From a virus (lineage: Duplodnaviria; Heunggongvirae; Uroviricota; Caudoviricetes): a DNA stretch of 64,000 nt. The notes beneath the pieces were generated by a model. That model was not told the origin of the DNA. It searched no databases and saw only the letters and a program-made list of their open reading frames with translations. Every line of letters starts with the position of its first letter. Within the stretch, counting starts at the first letter, position 1. Where the stretch lies: the IMG/VR virus record IMGVR_UViG_3300005528_000049, one strand, 5' to 3'. Made by a program: the position numbers and the translations under genes. Positions 29,082 to 40,009 of this stretch are shown one piece after another.

Positions 29082-30271
29082 TGAATAATAAAGTATTAGA
29101 TTTATCTAATACTTCTTTTAAGGGGGAGCTATTAAACTCCCCCTTACCTTTTATAAAAGGTTGGACTTCTAACTTATATTTACATCAAATGGAGTCTATA
29201 GTAGAAGTATTAACTAAGGGTAGTGGTGTTTTAAAACTAACAACTGGTACAGGCAAAACTAGAATAATTGCAGAACTGTGTAGAAAAACACAAGTAAAAC
29301 ATATATTAGTTGTTGTTAGTAAGATAGACTTATTAGTTCAAATAAATGATGTCTTGGTTGACTATCTAAAAGATACAAACTTAACTATAACAACTATTGG
29401 TGATGGTAATAAATATCCTATATGGGCTAATATTACTGTGGGTTTAGTTGGTACTTTAACTAAGATTAATAATTTAGATTTAATTGATTATGTCATATAT
29501 GATGAGTGTCATAAATATATAAATCAGTCTGGCATTGATTTATATAATATGTTAGTTAATGTTAAATGTATTACAGCTTTATCAGCTACTCCATATACAG
29601 AAGATGTAGAAACTAATAACTTAATTACTAAGTTATATGGTCCTTTATTATATGAACTAACGGAGAAACAAGCTATTGCATTAGGTTGTATATCTACTCC
29701 AAAAATTAATATATATAAGGCTCCAATTGGTTATTGTAGTCGTAAGTTTATTAACTGTACCTTTAGTAATTTTGCTTATAATAAACAAATAGATAGTCTA
29801 ATTATAAATAATAAGGGCAGAAATGATCTTATTGTTGAACTAGTTCAACTTGATAAGTCTACTGTTATTATTGTTAATAAGGTTAATACTGAAAAGAATA
29901 ATCATGCGGTAATATTAAAAGATTTAATAGAAAAAGCTTATCCACATAAACTTGTATACATTGTTAAAGGTGGAGATACAAAAGGACTTAGTAGTATAAG
30001 CAACCCTAATTGTATATTAATTGCAGGCCCTAATATAATAACTGAAGGAACAGACATGCCTTCATTAGAAGTAGTTGTATTAGCTGCAGCTAACTCTTCT
30101 CCAACATTGTTATTACAAAGAGTTGGTAGAGTTTTAAGAAAGAGTTTTACTAAAACATATGGGGAAGTTATAGACTTTATAGATCCTATTGGCTGGCCTG
30201 CAAGCCAAAGTAAAAAGAGAATAGATACATATACTGAAGTATATGGTAAAGAAAATATAGTATTTCATTAG
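29081..30271 (+). CDS. SF2 DEAD/DEAH-box helicase (UvsW/RecG-like)
   Basis: motif I LTTGTGKTRI; motif II YDECHKY (DExH); motif III SATP; motif VI-like QRVGRVLR. Confidence 0.7.
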   Translation: MNNKVLDLSNTSFKGELLNSPLPFIKGWTSNLYLHQMESIVEVLTKGSGVLKLTTGTGKTRIIAELCRKTQVKHILVVVSKIDLLVQINDVLVDYLKDTNLTITTIGDGNKYPIWANITVGLVGTLTKINNLDLIDYVIYDECHKYINQSGIDLYNMLVNVKCITALSATPYTEDVETNNLITKLYGPLLYELTEKQAIALGCISTPKINIYKAPIGYCSRKFINCTFSNFAYNKQIDSLIINNKGRNDLIVELVQLDKSTVIIVNKVNTEKNNHAVILKDLIEKAYPHKLVYIVKGGDTKGLSSISNPNCILIAGPNIITEGTDMPSLEVVVLAAANSSPTLLLQRVGRVLRKSFTKTYGEVIDFIDPIGWPASQSKKRIDTYTEVYGKENIVFH

Positions 30272-30294
30272 AAGATTTATTATAAAAATATTAA

Positions 30295-31521
30295 GTGGTT
30301 ATTAAGGATGTTAAATATTTAAATATAAAAGTACTAATGAATACTACAATAAAGGTTGTAACTGGTCCTAGTGGCAGTGGTAAAAGTTTTAAGCTTAAGC
30401 AAGAGATGAGTATTAATAATCTTAGATTGACAGCTAGTACTGGAATTGCTAGTGTAAATTTAAGTGAAAGTGCTTGTACTATTCATTCTTTGTTAGGTGC
30501 CATTGATTCAACAAATCTACTTAAGTCTTTTGTTTCAGGTAAGCTAACAAAAAGATTAAACAACTTATTTGAAGATTATAATGGTATTGCAATTGATGAG
30601 TTTGGCATGTTACCTAGGGACTATATTGATACTTTGATTAAAGTATTAGATATGTATGGAGGTACAACACATAGAAGTCTAGAGTTATACTTGACTGGAG
30701 ATATTGCTCAACTACCACCTGTTAAAGGAGAGCCATACTTTAAAAGTATGTATAAAGATAGATTCAATACTGAAGTACTAACAGTTATACATAGACAAAC
30801 AAATAAAGATTTTCAAGACGCTTTAAATGATCTAAGACTCGGAAAGACACAGAAGATAAAACAAATGTTATTAGATAATAATTGTTTTGTTAAAGACATT
30901 GAATCAGATTTTTTAGGCATAACTTTATTTAGTACTAAAGCTAAAGTTGAAGCCTATAACTTAGCTAGACTAAAGGCGATTGATAACTATCAAGAGTATA
31001 CTTATAAAGGATATAAGTTAGGTAAGGTTGATAATAGTTGGAATTCTTTTCTAGATCCTGTTGTGTTAAAGGTTGGAGTATTAGTTAGATGTATTACAAA
31101 TACTGTAACTGATGGGGGCCTTATAGCTAATGGAGATATGGGGGTTGTTGAAGAGTTATTTAAGGATAGTGTTCTTGTTAATTTACTTAGAACTGGCAAA
31201 TCTATATTAGTTAAATATGTAAAGAAGAAGGTGTTAAATCCTGATACTATGTTAGAAGAAGGTAGTATTAACTATATCCCTCTAAGACTAAGTTTTGCTT
31301 GTACCATTCATAGTACACAAGGAATAACTACAGATGCTTTACAAATTAGTATGGGCCAACAAGATACCTTTATGGGTAGAACAAGTGGCATGGCATATGT
31401 AGGGCTTTCTAGAAATACTAATATAGAAAATATTAGAGTTATTGGTAATCCAGATTATTTTGAGAGCTGCTGTTTCATTGATCCAGAATACTTAAGGTTT
31501 ATAAGTGGGAAATCTAATTAA
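30295..31521 (+). CDS. SF1 helicase, Dda/RecD-like
   Basis: Walker A VTGPSGSGKSF; Walker B IAIDEFGM; C-terminal CTIHSTQGITTD similar to the RecD/Dda motif (V/T)IHKSQG. Confidence 0.7.
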   Translation: MVIKDVKYLNIKVLMNTTIKVVTGPSGSGKSFKLKQEMSINNLRLTASTGIASVNLSESACTIHSLLGAIDSTNLLKSFVSGKLTKRLNNLFEDYNGIAIDEFGMLPRDYIDTLIKVLDMYGGTTHRSLELYLTGDIAQLPPVKGEPYFKSMYKDRFNTEVLTVIHRQTNKDFQDALNDLRLGKTQKIKQMLLDNNCFVKDIESDFLGITLFSTKAKVEAYNLARLKAIDNYQEYTYKGYKLGKVDNSWNSFLDPVVLKVGVLVRCITNTVTDGGLIANGDMGVVEELFKDSVLVNLLRTGKSILVKYVKKKVLNPDTMLEEGSINYIPLRLSFACTIHSTQGITTDALQISMGQQDTFMGRTSGMAYVGLSRNTNIENIRVIGNPDYFESCCFIDPEYLRFISGKSN

Positions 31522-32674
31522 TGATATTAAAAATAAGGTAAAAATAAGTGATCTATTATCAACAGGATATAGTAAAAGAATAGACTGTCCTTGCTGTAAA
31601 AGGATTAAATCTGCCTCTGTAATAAATAATGAGTTTGTATACTGTTATAGTGCTTCTTGTAACTTTAAAGCAGATGTAATTGCTCTAAATGCTCTTCTAA
31701 CTTTTGGTGATAAAGATAGACTTAAAGACTCTATAAAAGATTTAACAACTAAGTTTAATATAGCAAGAAGAAACTCTTTATCAGAAGAAGATAAGCAAAA
31801 GAATTTATTTTATACAAGCATAAACAGTATTTATATTAATGATCTAAAAGGGCCCTCTTTAAACTATTTAGTTAATAGAGGTCTTACAAAAGATGTAATA
31901 GATATAATAGGTATTGGTTATGCTACTGGCACTTCTCTTAGAGGTGAATTTAATAGATCAGATTTAATTAAATATGGTTTATTCAAAAACAATAAAGAGT
32001 TTTTTATTGATAGGATAATCTTCCCTTTAATGTCAAATAAGATTGAATCTTTTGTTGGTAGATATGTTGGACCAGAAAATGATTTTATACCTAGATATAA
32101 GAACCTTCAAACTAGTATAAGTACATTAATATTAGAACAATTTATAGATCTATATAATAGTAATAGTATTTACATTGCTGAAGGTTTTATGGATACTATT
32201 TCTTTATATCAATTAGGTATGCAGTCTGTAGGAATATTAGGTGTTCAAGGTTTATTAAATCATATTAGTAAACTTAAAAAATTTAATAATATATGCTTTT
32301 GTTTTGATAGTGATAAAGATGAAAGAGGTAACTATAAATCTTATAATTGTTTAATTCCTCAAATAATAAATCTGATTATACTAAATCCTAAAAATAACTA
32401 TTATGTATTTTTACCTGATGGAGCAAAGGATATTAATGAGTTATTATGTAAGGGGCTTTTAACAAAAGAGCTAGTTGAATCTAAAAAGATTAGATTTAAT
32501 GACTTTCTTGTTCAGTTGTATATTGATGATTTATCTAAGCATGTTGAACTTATTAAATTAATAGAAGTAACTAATGACGAGGCTAATAGAGAAGTAATGT
32601 ATAATAGTGTAGGAAAAACTAACTATCAATATGCTACTAAAATATTAGACTTTTATGACTCCAAACATTATTAA
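31505..32674 (+). CDS. DNA primase (DnaG-type, zinc finger + TOPRIM)
   Basis: CHC2-type zinc finger CPCC...CYSASC; TOPRIM glutamate IYIAEGFMDTISL and the DxD-like FDSDKDERG. Confidence 0.7.
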   Translation: MGNLINDIKNKVKISDLLSTGYSKRIDCPCCKRIKSASVINNEFVYCYSASCNFKADVIALNALLTFGDKDRLKDSIKDLTTKFNIARRNSLSEEDKQKNLFYTSINSIYINDLKGPSLNYLVNRGLTKDVIDIIGIGYATGTSLRGEFNRSDLIKYGLFKNNKEFFIDRIIFPLMSNKIESFVGRYVGPENDFIPRYKNLQTSISTLILEQFIDLYNSNSIYIAEGFMDTISLYQLGMQSVGILGVQGLLNHISKLKKFNNICFCFDSDKDERGNYKSYNCLIPQIINLIILNPKNNYYVFLPDGAKDINELLCKGLLTKELVESKKIRFNDFLVQLYIDDLSKHVELIKLIEVTNDEANREVMYNSVGKTNYQYATKILDFYDSKHY

Positions 32675-33338
32675 TTGTATATCAGTTCAGTGTGGATCTG
32701 CTGATGATTTATATATACCTTTTGTATTAATTGCAGTGTCTATTAAAGAAGATGAACATGTAATAAACTTAATTAATAATCTATTAAGACCAAGATTACA
32801 AAAGATGTGCGTCTATGAACATAGAGTATTACATAGGTTATATCCTCACTACTTAATTATAATAAATGAGATTATAAGTAGAAATTTATTAACTCACTCT
32901 TGTGTTGATCTAGTATTTGATGATGAAGTTTCTTTTTACAGTAATATGTGGGAAGTTACTTTTAAAAGGTTTAATAGATTAAAAAAGACTTTAAATAAAG
33001 AAGGTTTAAACTATTATTATTTTAGTGTTAAGAATGAACATATAGTTAAAGATAGTTATAGCTTTACTCAAATAATAAATGGAGATACACATCCTTATAT
33101 GTTATTTACATATTTCTGGTCTTTATTACTTAGACTAGAAAAGATAAGATTAGATTGTGTTTTATTAGGTGTTCCTAGATTTACCATAAATGAAGTATCA
33201 AAGCTTGGCTTATTTCCCAAATGTATAATGAAAGAAAGAACTAAAGTTGTTCTGATTAATGCTTCTATAAAGAATAGATTAAAACAATGTCCCTTGTGGA
33301 TGGCTAATAATTATTTAAGGAATAGTAGAAATAAATGA
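32655..33338 (+). CDS. hypothetical protein
   Basis: 227-aa ORF. Confidence 0.45.
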   Translation: MTPNIINCISVQCGSADDLYIPFVLIAVSIKEDEHVINLINNLLRPRLQKMCVYEHRVLHRLYPHYLIIINEIISRNLLTHSCVDLVFDDEVSFYSNMWEVTFKRFNRLKKTLNKEGLNYYYFSVKNEHIVKDSYSFTQIINGDTHPYMLFTYFWSLLLRLEKIRLDCVLLGVPRFTINEVSKLGLFPKCIMKERTKVVLINASIKNRLKQCPLWMANNYLRNSRNK

Positions 33339-33718
33339 ACCCAAAAGTTAATAAGCTACTAAGTTTTTTAACACTGCAGCCTAGAACCAATGCATTAAAT
33401 TGTTTTATTGGTTATGTAAATTTATTAAATTTTGTAGACGAAGAGATAACATGGGATTATGTTATTGATCATATAATCAAAATTGATAAAGCAGTTCTTG
33501 ATATATTTGAAAAGGATATAAATAAGGATCTTCTAAAGCAATATGGTGTTATATTTAATGATTGTTATAATTTTATTAATGAAGAAGAACCTATAAGCTT
33601 TATAAAAGAAGCGGCATTTAATAATGTTAGGGTTGCTAATATACAAGATTACATAGCATATTTAGTAGCTCGGAGACTGTTATTAAATGAGTATGAAAAA
33701 GATAAAGCAGTTGGTTGA
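33335..33718 (+). CDS. hypothetical protein
   Basis: 127-aa ORF, overlapping stop/start. Confidence 0.45.
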   Translation: MNPKVNKLLSFLTLQPRTNALNCFIGYVNLLNFVDEEITWDYVIDHIIKIDKAVLDIFEKDINKDLLKQYGVIFNDCYNFINEEEPISFIKEAAFNNVRVANIQDYIAYLVARRLLLNEYEKDKAVG

Positions 33719-34034
33719 CAAAGATAAACTAATAAAAGAAAATTGTTTAGTTAATCAGGCTGAGTTTGGAGGTGTTCCTAAAGATGTAGAACACGCTCAA
33801 AGAAGAAGTGATTTGAGAGCAATCCCAATTGAATATATTTGGATTGCTATTGTATATGGCACTAAAAAGAGGGCTATAAAGGCCCTCTCTTTTACTATTT
33901 ATGATAAGGATTTAATAAATACTAAATATATTAAATATATAAGTACATTGAGAGGAGTGTGTGTAATTATTGATTATGATAATTATATTATTACTACTTA
34001 TTGGTTATTTAAAGCTAAAAGAAGATTTAATTAA
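33687..34034 (+). CDS. hypothetical protein
   Basis: 115-aa ORF. Confidence 0.4.
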   Translation: MSMKKIKQLVDKDKLIKENCLVNQAEFGGVPKDVEHAQRRSDLRAIPIEYIWIAIVYGTKKRAIKALSFTIYDKDLINTKYIKYISTLRGVCVIIDYDNYIITTYWLFKAKRRFN

Positions 34035-36889
34035 TCACTCCTAGCTACATAACTGAAATAACCAGCTAATGTTTTACCTACATCAGCAGTAGAACATAAT
34101 ATTAAACCATTTCTATATACAATTACTTGTCCAGTTGTAAGAGATGCTTGAGTAGGAATTGTTTCTACAGTTTCTCTAAAAATACCTGTAATAGGTGTTC
34201 CATCTATAGTAAATCTCATTAAGTTTGGAGCATATTCTGGTAATATTGAATGCCATAAAGCATTTTCTGTTGTAGCAGAAACTGCACTACTTAATCCTAA
34301 GTTTCCTGGTGCTCCATCAACTACTACTCCATAATTATTAGGGGCTGTAATTATAGTTGGAGTTAATGTTACTTTTTCAAAATAGGGTTGTATATATGCT
34401 GTTATATTCTCAATATATAAAGATGTATCATTTGTTTTCATAAAACCTTGACATACATATTGATCATATACTTCATTAGCTACAAATGATGTTCCAGTTG
34501 CAGTATTTTCAAATCTAACATTTATTCCATCAATTAAATCTATAAAAGAACTACTAGTAGTTCTAGTATCACTTCCAGTTGTATCAGTGAAATCTCCTGT
34601 ATTATTGTTATAAGTTACAGAAGGAATCCAGTTAGTACCATTCCATTTATACCAAATCCAACTAGATAAAGTATTACTACTTCCAGTTGTAAGATAATTT
34701 GAACTAACTGTATCTGCTAAAACTATACCATTAGGTAATGACACTCTTTTAATATGCATTCTAGGATATTTTGTATTTTCATTATAACTTCCAACAGAAG
34801 CTCCTGTACTACTTAACTGTATGTTTCCATTAGCATTATTAGATACAAAATTACCCCAATAATCCTGTGCAACACAAGCATTTCCAAATAAGTTAGTCGT
34901 ATTTATTGTTCCATCTAATTGTCTATATGATTCAGTTCCATACTGAGGTAATAAATTTAATTGTGATAAATCTCCTGGATTCTGTCTAATAATAGTACTA
35001 CTGTTAAAGGATAATAAAGTGCCATCACCACTCCATAATCTATTATCACTTCCTTTAGACCAAGCATAATTAGCTTGATGTTCTCCCACATATATTTGTA
35101 CTGTTGTTATATTATTAGCACTTGAGCCCCCAGCTAAACTCCACCAATATACTCTAGCTCCTCTTAATCCATTAGTAACTGTATTATCTCTAACACAGAT
35201 AGCCATCCTAGTATCAGCATGTATTTTATTAATATGTATATTAAGCCAATTAGAAGTTGTTAAAGCAACAGTTGTAAAGTTTAAATTAGTAGTATAACTA
35301 CTAGCAGAACTAGTTAAAGTTAGAGCAGTTGTAGCTAAATTCATAAAAGCATAAACTACTCCATTAACATTAACATCAACTGCATATGTAGGGGTTGTTG
35401 ATTCTTGTGTTATAACAGGACTGTTTATGTTTGTTATATTAATTTTCCATAATCCAGTAACAGAATCAGCAACATAAATTAAGTTTCTTGCTTGATCTAA
35501 TGCAAACTGTCTAAATTGTGTAATAGATAATGTAAATGGAGAAGGTCTTGTACTGTCAAAATCCCAATGTTGACCTGTAAATTGATTAATTATACTAAGT
35601 CCATTTTGATCTGCTTGTACTGTTAAATAGTTATCCCAAGCAATAATAGGTGCTACATATTGCCAACCATGACAATTAGGATAAGGTTGTAATGCAGCAT
35701 ATATATATGGATGAAATGATGTACCAGATCCACTATAAGTAAAATTTGCATCAGCAGAATGTCCTCCAAATCTTTTAACTCCAAGTACAAATTTTGCAGT
35801 TCCAACAGGGCCTCCTTCAGTTATTCTTATTCTATATATAGAAGGCCATTTTTCAGTCCATGGATCTTCTGAAAACTGTAAAACACCTGTTCCACTAGGA
35901 TTATTATCAGGTATAAACATGCCAGCTAAATCATCTCTAGGATTTGCACTATAAGCAAAAGCTGACTGCAAATTAGAACTGGAAGTTACATTATTTAAAG
36001 TTGTATGTTTATGAGCTGAAAAAGTATTTCCAGGATCTGATTCTGGTCTGTTTCCTGTTGCAGTTTTTGTTGTAAAATTATTTCCACATAAATAACCATT
36101 AAATATTCTTCCATTTGAAAATCTAGAATTATTATTGTCTCTTGGTATAGTCCAATATTGTTTACATCTATAAAATAAAGTATTTTGATTCTGACCTGAT
36201 ATAAAAGTTCCAGATGCTGGTTGGCTAAAACCATCTGTGCTTCCTGTTCTACTAAGCCTATTACTTACAAACAACAACTGCCAGTTATATTCATCTAAAG
36301 AAGCTGGAACTACTGTGTTATATAAGAAGTTATATCTTTCAAATGTAGTATTAACTAATGCATCACAAACATCATTTATCCATCTTGGATATTTAATTAT
36401 AGAAACTCCAGGAACTGTTGCATTTTGTACTGTTACTCTATAAGTTAAATTTATAATTTGTTCTGCCTGTTGAGTACAAGGAGTATTAAGTAACAAATAT
36501 GCCCAAGGAGCTACTGTTGTATTTGCAACTTGACCTACACTAGATTGAGTTAATCCAACTGTTTGAAATGTTCTAGGAGTTACTACTGCATCTAACCTTT
36601 GTGTTATTACAAAATAAGGTGGATTAGCATTTTGAAAAGCTTGAATTGCAGGTTGTCCAGAACCTTGATAAGCGGTTCCACTACATTGAATTGATGTTTT
36701 AGATCTCACAGGAGTAGCAGTTTCTGTGCTTATAAATATATTTCTTCCTGCCCACTGAAATATATTATCATTCTTTACCATTTCAGTATAAGCAAAATTA
36801 GTAATTATATTATCTTGCTCTCTTTTTTCTATTACTTTGCCAGTAATTTCATCTACTATTTCTAAAGTTAAATGGCCTGATAATTTCAT
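34031..36889 (-). CDS. large structural protein (tail fibre / baseplate-associated candidate)
   Basis: 952 aa, Thr/Ser/Asn/Gly-rich beta-type composition, convergent with the replication module; no enzymatic motif seen. Confidence 0.6.
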   Translation of the reverse strand: MKLSGHLTLEIVDEITGKVIEKREQDNIITNFAYTEMVKNDNIFQWAGRNIFISTETATPVRSKTSIQCSGTAYQGSGQPAIQAFQNANPPYFVITQRLDAVVTPRTFQTVGLTQSSVGQVANTTVAPWAYLLLNTPCTQQAEQIINLTYRVTVQNATVPGVSIIKYPRWINDVCDALVNTTFERYNFLYNTVVPASLDEYNWQLLFVSNRLSRTGSTDGFSQPASGTFISGQNQNTLFYRCKQYWTIPRDNNNSRFSNGRIFNGYLCGNNFTTKTATGNRPESDPGNTFSAHKHTTLNNVTSSSNLQSAFAYSANPRDDLAGMFIPDNNPSGTGVLQFSEDPWTEKWPSIYRIRITEGGPVGTAKFVLGVKRFGGHSADANFTYSGSGTSFHPYIYAALQPYPNCHGWQYVAPIIAWDNYLTVQADQNGLSIINQFTGQHWDFDSTRPSPFTLSITQFRQFALDQARNLIYVADSVTGLWKINITNINSPVITQESTTPTYAVDVNVNGVVYAFMNLATTALTLTSSASSYTTNLNFTTVALTTSNWLNIHINKIHADTRMAICVRDNTVTNGLRGARVYWWSLAGGSSANNITTVQIYVGEHQANYAWSKGSDNRLWSGDGTLLSFNSSTIIRQNPGDLSQLNLLPQYGTESYRQLDGTINTTNLFGNACVAQDYWGNFVSNNANGNIQLSSTGASVGSYNENTKYPRMHIKRVSLPNGIVLADTVSSNYLTTGSSNTLSSWIWYKWNGTNWIPSVTYNNNTGDFTDTTGSDTRTTSSSFIDLIDGINVRFENTATGTSFVANEVYDQYVCQGFMKTNDTSLYIENITAYIQPYFEKVTLTPTIITAPNNYGVVVDGAPGNLGLSSAVSATTENALWHSILPEYAPNLMRFTIDGTPITGIFRETVETIPTQASLTTGQVIVYRNGLILCSTADVGKTLAGYFSYVARSD

Positions 36890-36898
36890 TTATTTGTT

Positions 36899-37870
36899 TT
36901 ATCCTATAATTATTGAAGTGAAAGGTATCCTATTAAATGATAAATAAGAAGCGCCTTTATTAAAATTACTACTGCTTATATTATCATTATTATCTGATAA
37001 GTTTTGTACTGTAAAAGGTACCCTATTAAATGATAATAAAGAGCCACCTTTATTAAAATTACTACTACTACTTATATCTTCTAAGTTAAATATGTTTTGT
37101 ACTGTAAAAGGTACTCTATTAAATGTTAATAAAGAAGCGCCCTTATTAAAAGTTTTAGCATATTCATCAGCTATATAATTAGGGTAAGACATTAATATTT
37201 GCTGATTACTGCCTTCTAATTCTTGAGATAATACTTTAATGTCTAACCATCTTTTTATAAAAGTATAGTTAGTATTAACATTTAAATTAAGTCTAGTGTC
37301 AGGCGTTGTTAAGTCTGTTATTGATTTAAATACTGATACAGAAGTTGTATTGTTATTTGAGTCTATTACATCAATAAATTGTGCAAATGTATTTCTATAA
37401 GTGTAATTTACACTGTTTAATCTAATTCCTGTTGTTTGATTATTATTAGTATATTGTATAACTTGAGGACCATCTGGAGGATAGGGTGCTAAAGTTATAG
37501 TGATAGGATCATTTAATGTATTGTTATAAGCTAATAAAGAACCTCCTTTACTAAAATTATTAATGTTATCAACTAATAAAGGAACGATATCTACAAATTT
37601 GTAATTATTAGTGTCTCCATTTAAAGTTACTCTAAGTCTAATATTACTTTGTATATTATTTGGAATAATAATAATTACATTTTTACTTGTGTTATTTGGA
37701 ATTATAGTTACAGGATCTGTTAGGGGATTAGGCTCTATTTGCTCCCATAAATAAGTAGTTGCATTAGATACAGGAGATAAAGTAGCCGTTATGGGACTGC
37801 CACATAATACATACTGTGGTTCTAAAAACCAATCAGATTGATATGTTGGAAAGAATAAATATCTTTTCAC
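36899..37870 (-). CDS. structural protein with three C-terminal tandem repeats
   Basis: 323 aa; repeats (S)SSNFNKG(G/A)S(L/Y)LSFNR(V/I)PFT(V/S)QN three times in the C-terminal third. Confidence 0.55.
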   Translation of the reverse strand: MKRYLFFPTYQSDWFLEPQYVLCGSPITATLSPVSNATTYLWEQIEPNPLTDPVTIIPNNTSKNVIIIIPNNIQSNIRLRVTLNGDTNNYKFVDIVPLLVDNINNFSKGGSLLAYNNTLNDPITITLAPYPPDGPQVIQYTNNNQTTGIRLNSVNYTYRNTFAQFIDVIDSNNNTTSVSVFKSITDLTTPDTRLNLNVNTNYTFIKRWLDIKVLSQELEGSNQQILMSYPNYIADEYAKTFNKGASLLTFNRVPFTVQNIFNLEDISSSSNFNKGGSLLSFNRVPFTVQNLSDNNDNISSSNFNKGASYLSFNRIPFTSIIIG

Positions 37871-37925
37871 TTTTGTTCTAATTTAATATATACTCTACAG
37901 TATTAACAATATGTAAAGTATTTGT

Positions 37926-38447
37926 ATGCAATCTAGTAATAAAATTGTTAAAGATAATAACAAGTATGTAATAAGTTTAGATCCTGGTTTAGAAGGTGCC
38001 TTGTGCCTTTATAATTTGACTACAGATAAAGTAATAGAAGTTCTTAATACTCCTACTTATAAAAAAGATAAAAAGACTTGGCTACATGGTAAAAACATAT
38101 ATACTAAACTACAAGAATGGAGTTTATTAACTAATAAAGTTATTATTGAAACTCAAACTATAATGAGTGGTAGAGATGGTACTAAATCAGCAAAAACCAC
38201 TATGAAAAACTTTGGAATGTTGTTGGGAATATTGTCTACATTAGATTTTGAAATAATTGAAGTTGAACCTAGAGTTTGGCAATCAATAGTTCTTAAAAAT
38301 GTTATTGATCCAGGATTGCCTCTTAAACTTAAACCAACAAAAAGAAAGAGTATGGTATTAACAAGAGATTTTAATCCTAAAAATGATGGGCAAGCAGATG
38401 CAATAGCAATTGCTCTATACTATAAAACTCTTTTAACTAAAAATTAA
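37926..38447 (+). CDS. RuvC-like Holliday junction resolvase
   Basis: ISLDPGLEGALCLYN (RuvC motif I DPG...G); C-terminal DGQADAIAIALYY matches the RuvC catalytic Asp followed by the AxAIA..H/Y motif. Confidence 0.7.
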   Translation: MQSSNKIVKDNNKYVISLDPGLEGALCLYNLTTDKVIEVLNTPTYKKDKKTWLHGKNIYTKLQEWSLLTNKVIIETQTIMSGRDGTKSAKTTMKNFGMLLGILSTLDFEIIEVEPRVWQSIVLKNVIDPGLPLKLKPTKRKSMVLTRDFNPKNDGQADAIAIALYYKTLLTKN

Positions 38448-38504
38448 AAGAGTTTTATATTAATAGTTATAGACATAAAATAACCTTATAAATCCTTATA
38501 AATA

Positions 38505-39299
38505 ATGAAGTTAATAAGACTAGATACAATAAAAAATAAAATTAATCAGTTTCCTATTAAAGCATCTGTTTTTTTACGTCTGAAAAAACAAATAACTTTA
38601 GAAGAAATTGATGGAGTTTTATTTTGTCTCAATGTAAAATTAAAGGATCATGTTTTAGATCATGATTTTTGTAGAGATGTTTATAATGTATTGCTAAAAG
38701 TAAGATTAGATAATAATTATTATTTTATGCAAAACTCAGAGGCTCAATATTATACATATTCAGCTCCTTTTACAATGTCTATAGAAGAGTATATAAAAAT
38801 AACTAGCAAGTCATTTTATAAAGGACTTGTTACAAAGGATCAAGTTAAAGTGTTAGATTATCTTCTACCTGATTCTATTTTTAATAACATATATACAGCA
38901 GATGGTGACTTGACATTTGAAATAAATAAAGAATGTCTTTATTTATTTGTTAGATTAATGCCATATTCTGAATCAGATTTAACTGGCTTAATTATGTTTC
39001 TTAATACTGATCTAGTATATATGATCAGTGAAAGAAATAATAAGGAGAAATGTTCTAGTCTAGGCTTTATAATTAAATTAAAAGATAGATATCTCTTAAA
39101 AGATTTTAAATATAGCCCTGAGGATACTTGGTCACCCTTAAACTTAAATCCACATATTAGATATAAAATTAAAAAACAATTTATAAATGATAAGTTGTTT
39201 GACAATGTATCTTTTAAATACAGTGTAGAGTATAGTTTATTATATATAAATGACAATACTTTGTTAGATAAATATGATTTAAAAGTATTAGACATTTAA
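38505..39299 (+). CDS. hypothetical protein
   Basis: 264-aa ORF. Confidence 0.5.
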   Translation: MKLIRLDTIKNKINQFPIKASVFLRLKKQITLEEIDGVLFCLNVKLKDHVLDHDFCRDVYNVLLKVRLDNNYYFMQNSEAQYYTYSAPFTMSIEEYIKITSKSFYKGLVTKDQVKVLDYLLPDSIFNNIYTADGDLTFEINKECLYLFVRLMPYSESDLTGLIMFLNTDLVYMISERNNKEKCSSLGFIIKLKDRYLLKDFKYSPEDTWSPLNLNPHIRYKIKKQFINDKLFDNVSFKYSVEYSLLYINDNTLLDKYDLKVLDI

Positions 39300-39547
39300 T
39301 ATGCTTTTTAAGTTTTATTAGTTAAGTAGCAAATTACTATATTTACTATAACAATGTGACTAGAAAAAGATTTTATTTATTTGGCAAATCATATATGTCA
39401 GATAAGCAATGAGAAGGAAAGACAAATCATTTTAGACTTTTGTTTGTCAGTTTTACCTAATACAACTAAAAGTTTTAATAGTGTAACCTTTAAAAAATAT
39501 ATAGCTCAAAGAACATAATTTAATAAAAATAATAGGAAATACATATC

Positions 39548-39898
39548 ATGGCTAAACCAGTAAAAGGTAATAAAAATAAAAGACCAGCTTCTGATGAGAG
39601 AAGACTTAAGTCGGCACATCTTAATAATCTAAAGAGAAATGTTGCTATTATTTCTAGTAGAGAGTCTACTCCTGATGGGTTTAAAGTAACCTTTGTTAGT
39701 AAAGAAAAGATCAGAATTAAAGGGCCAGGTGCTCAGGCTATTAAACTAGCAACTCATAAGAATAGAGAAGATGTAATTGAAGCGGTAGCTCAAAGAAATT
39801 GGACAAGAGTAGTAACACTTATTCCAATGGAAGCTGCAGCTTCCATTGACTATAAAAATACACAAGAACAAGAAGTAACTACAAAGAAAGTAAAATAG
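39548..39898 (+). CDS. small basic protein (possible DNA-binding / virion protein)
   Basis: 116 aa, Lys/Arg-rich N-terminus MAKPVKGNKNKRPASDERRLK. Confidence 0.5.
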   Translation: MAKPVKGNKNKRPASDERRLKSAHLNNLKRNVAIISSRESTPDGFKVTFVSKEKIRIKGPGAQAIKLATHKNREDVIEAVAQRNWTRVVTLIPMEAAASIDYKNTQEQEVTTKKVK

Positions 39899-39905
39899 TG
39901 ATCTA

Positions 39906-39962
39906 ATTGATAAGTTAACACATTACATAAAATTGTAATAAAAGCTGTGTTAACTTATCAAT
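39906..39962. promoter_or_regulatory. 16-bp inverted repeat upstream of the RNR gene
   Basis: attgataagttaacac (39906-39921) ... gtgttaacttatcaat (39947-39962), 25-nt spacer; could be a terminator for the upstream gene or an operator-like site. Confidence 0.4.
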
Positions 39963-40009
39963 ACATTTAAGTTTGTCTTTAAAAGATAAAATTATTATTA
40001 CTTATTTAT

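Noticed and set aside
35995-36443. ORFs 35995..36234 (-) and 36237..36443 (+) inside the 952-aa structural gene
   Set aside because: Nested or antisense to the long ORF.
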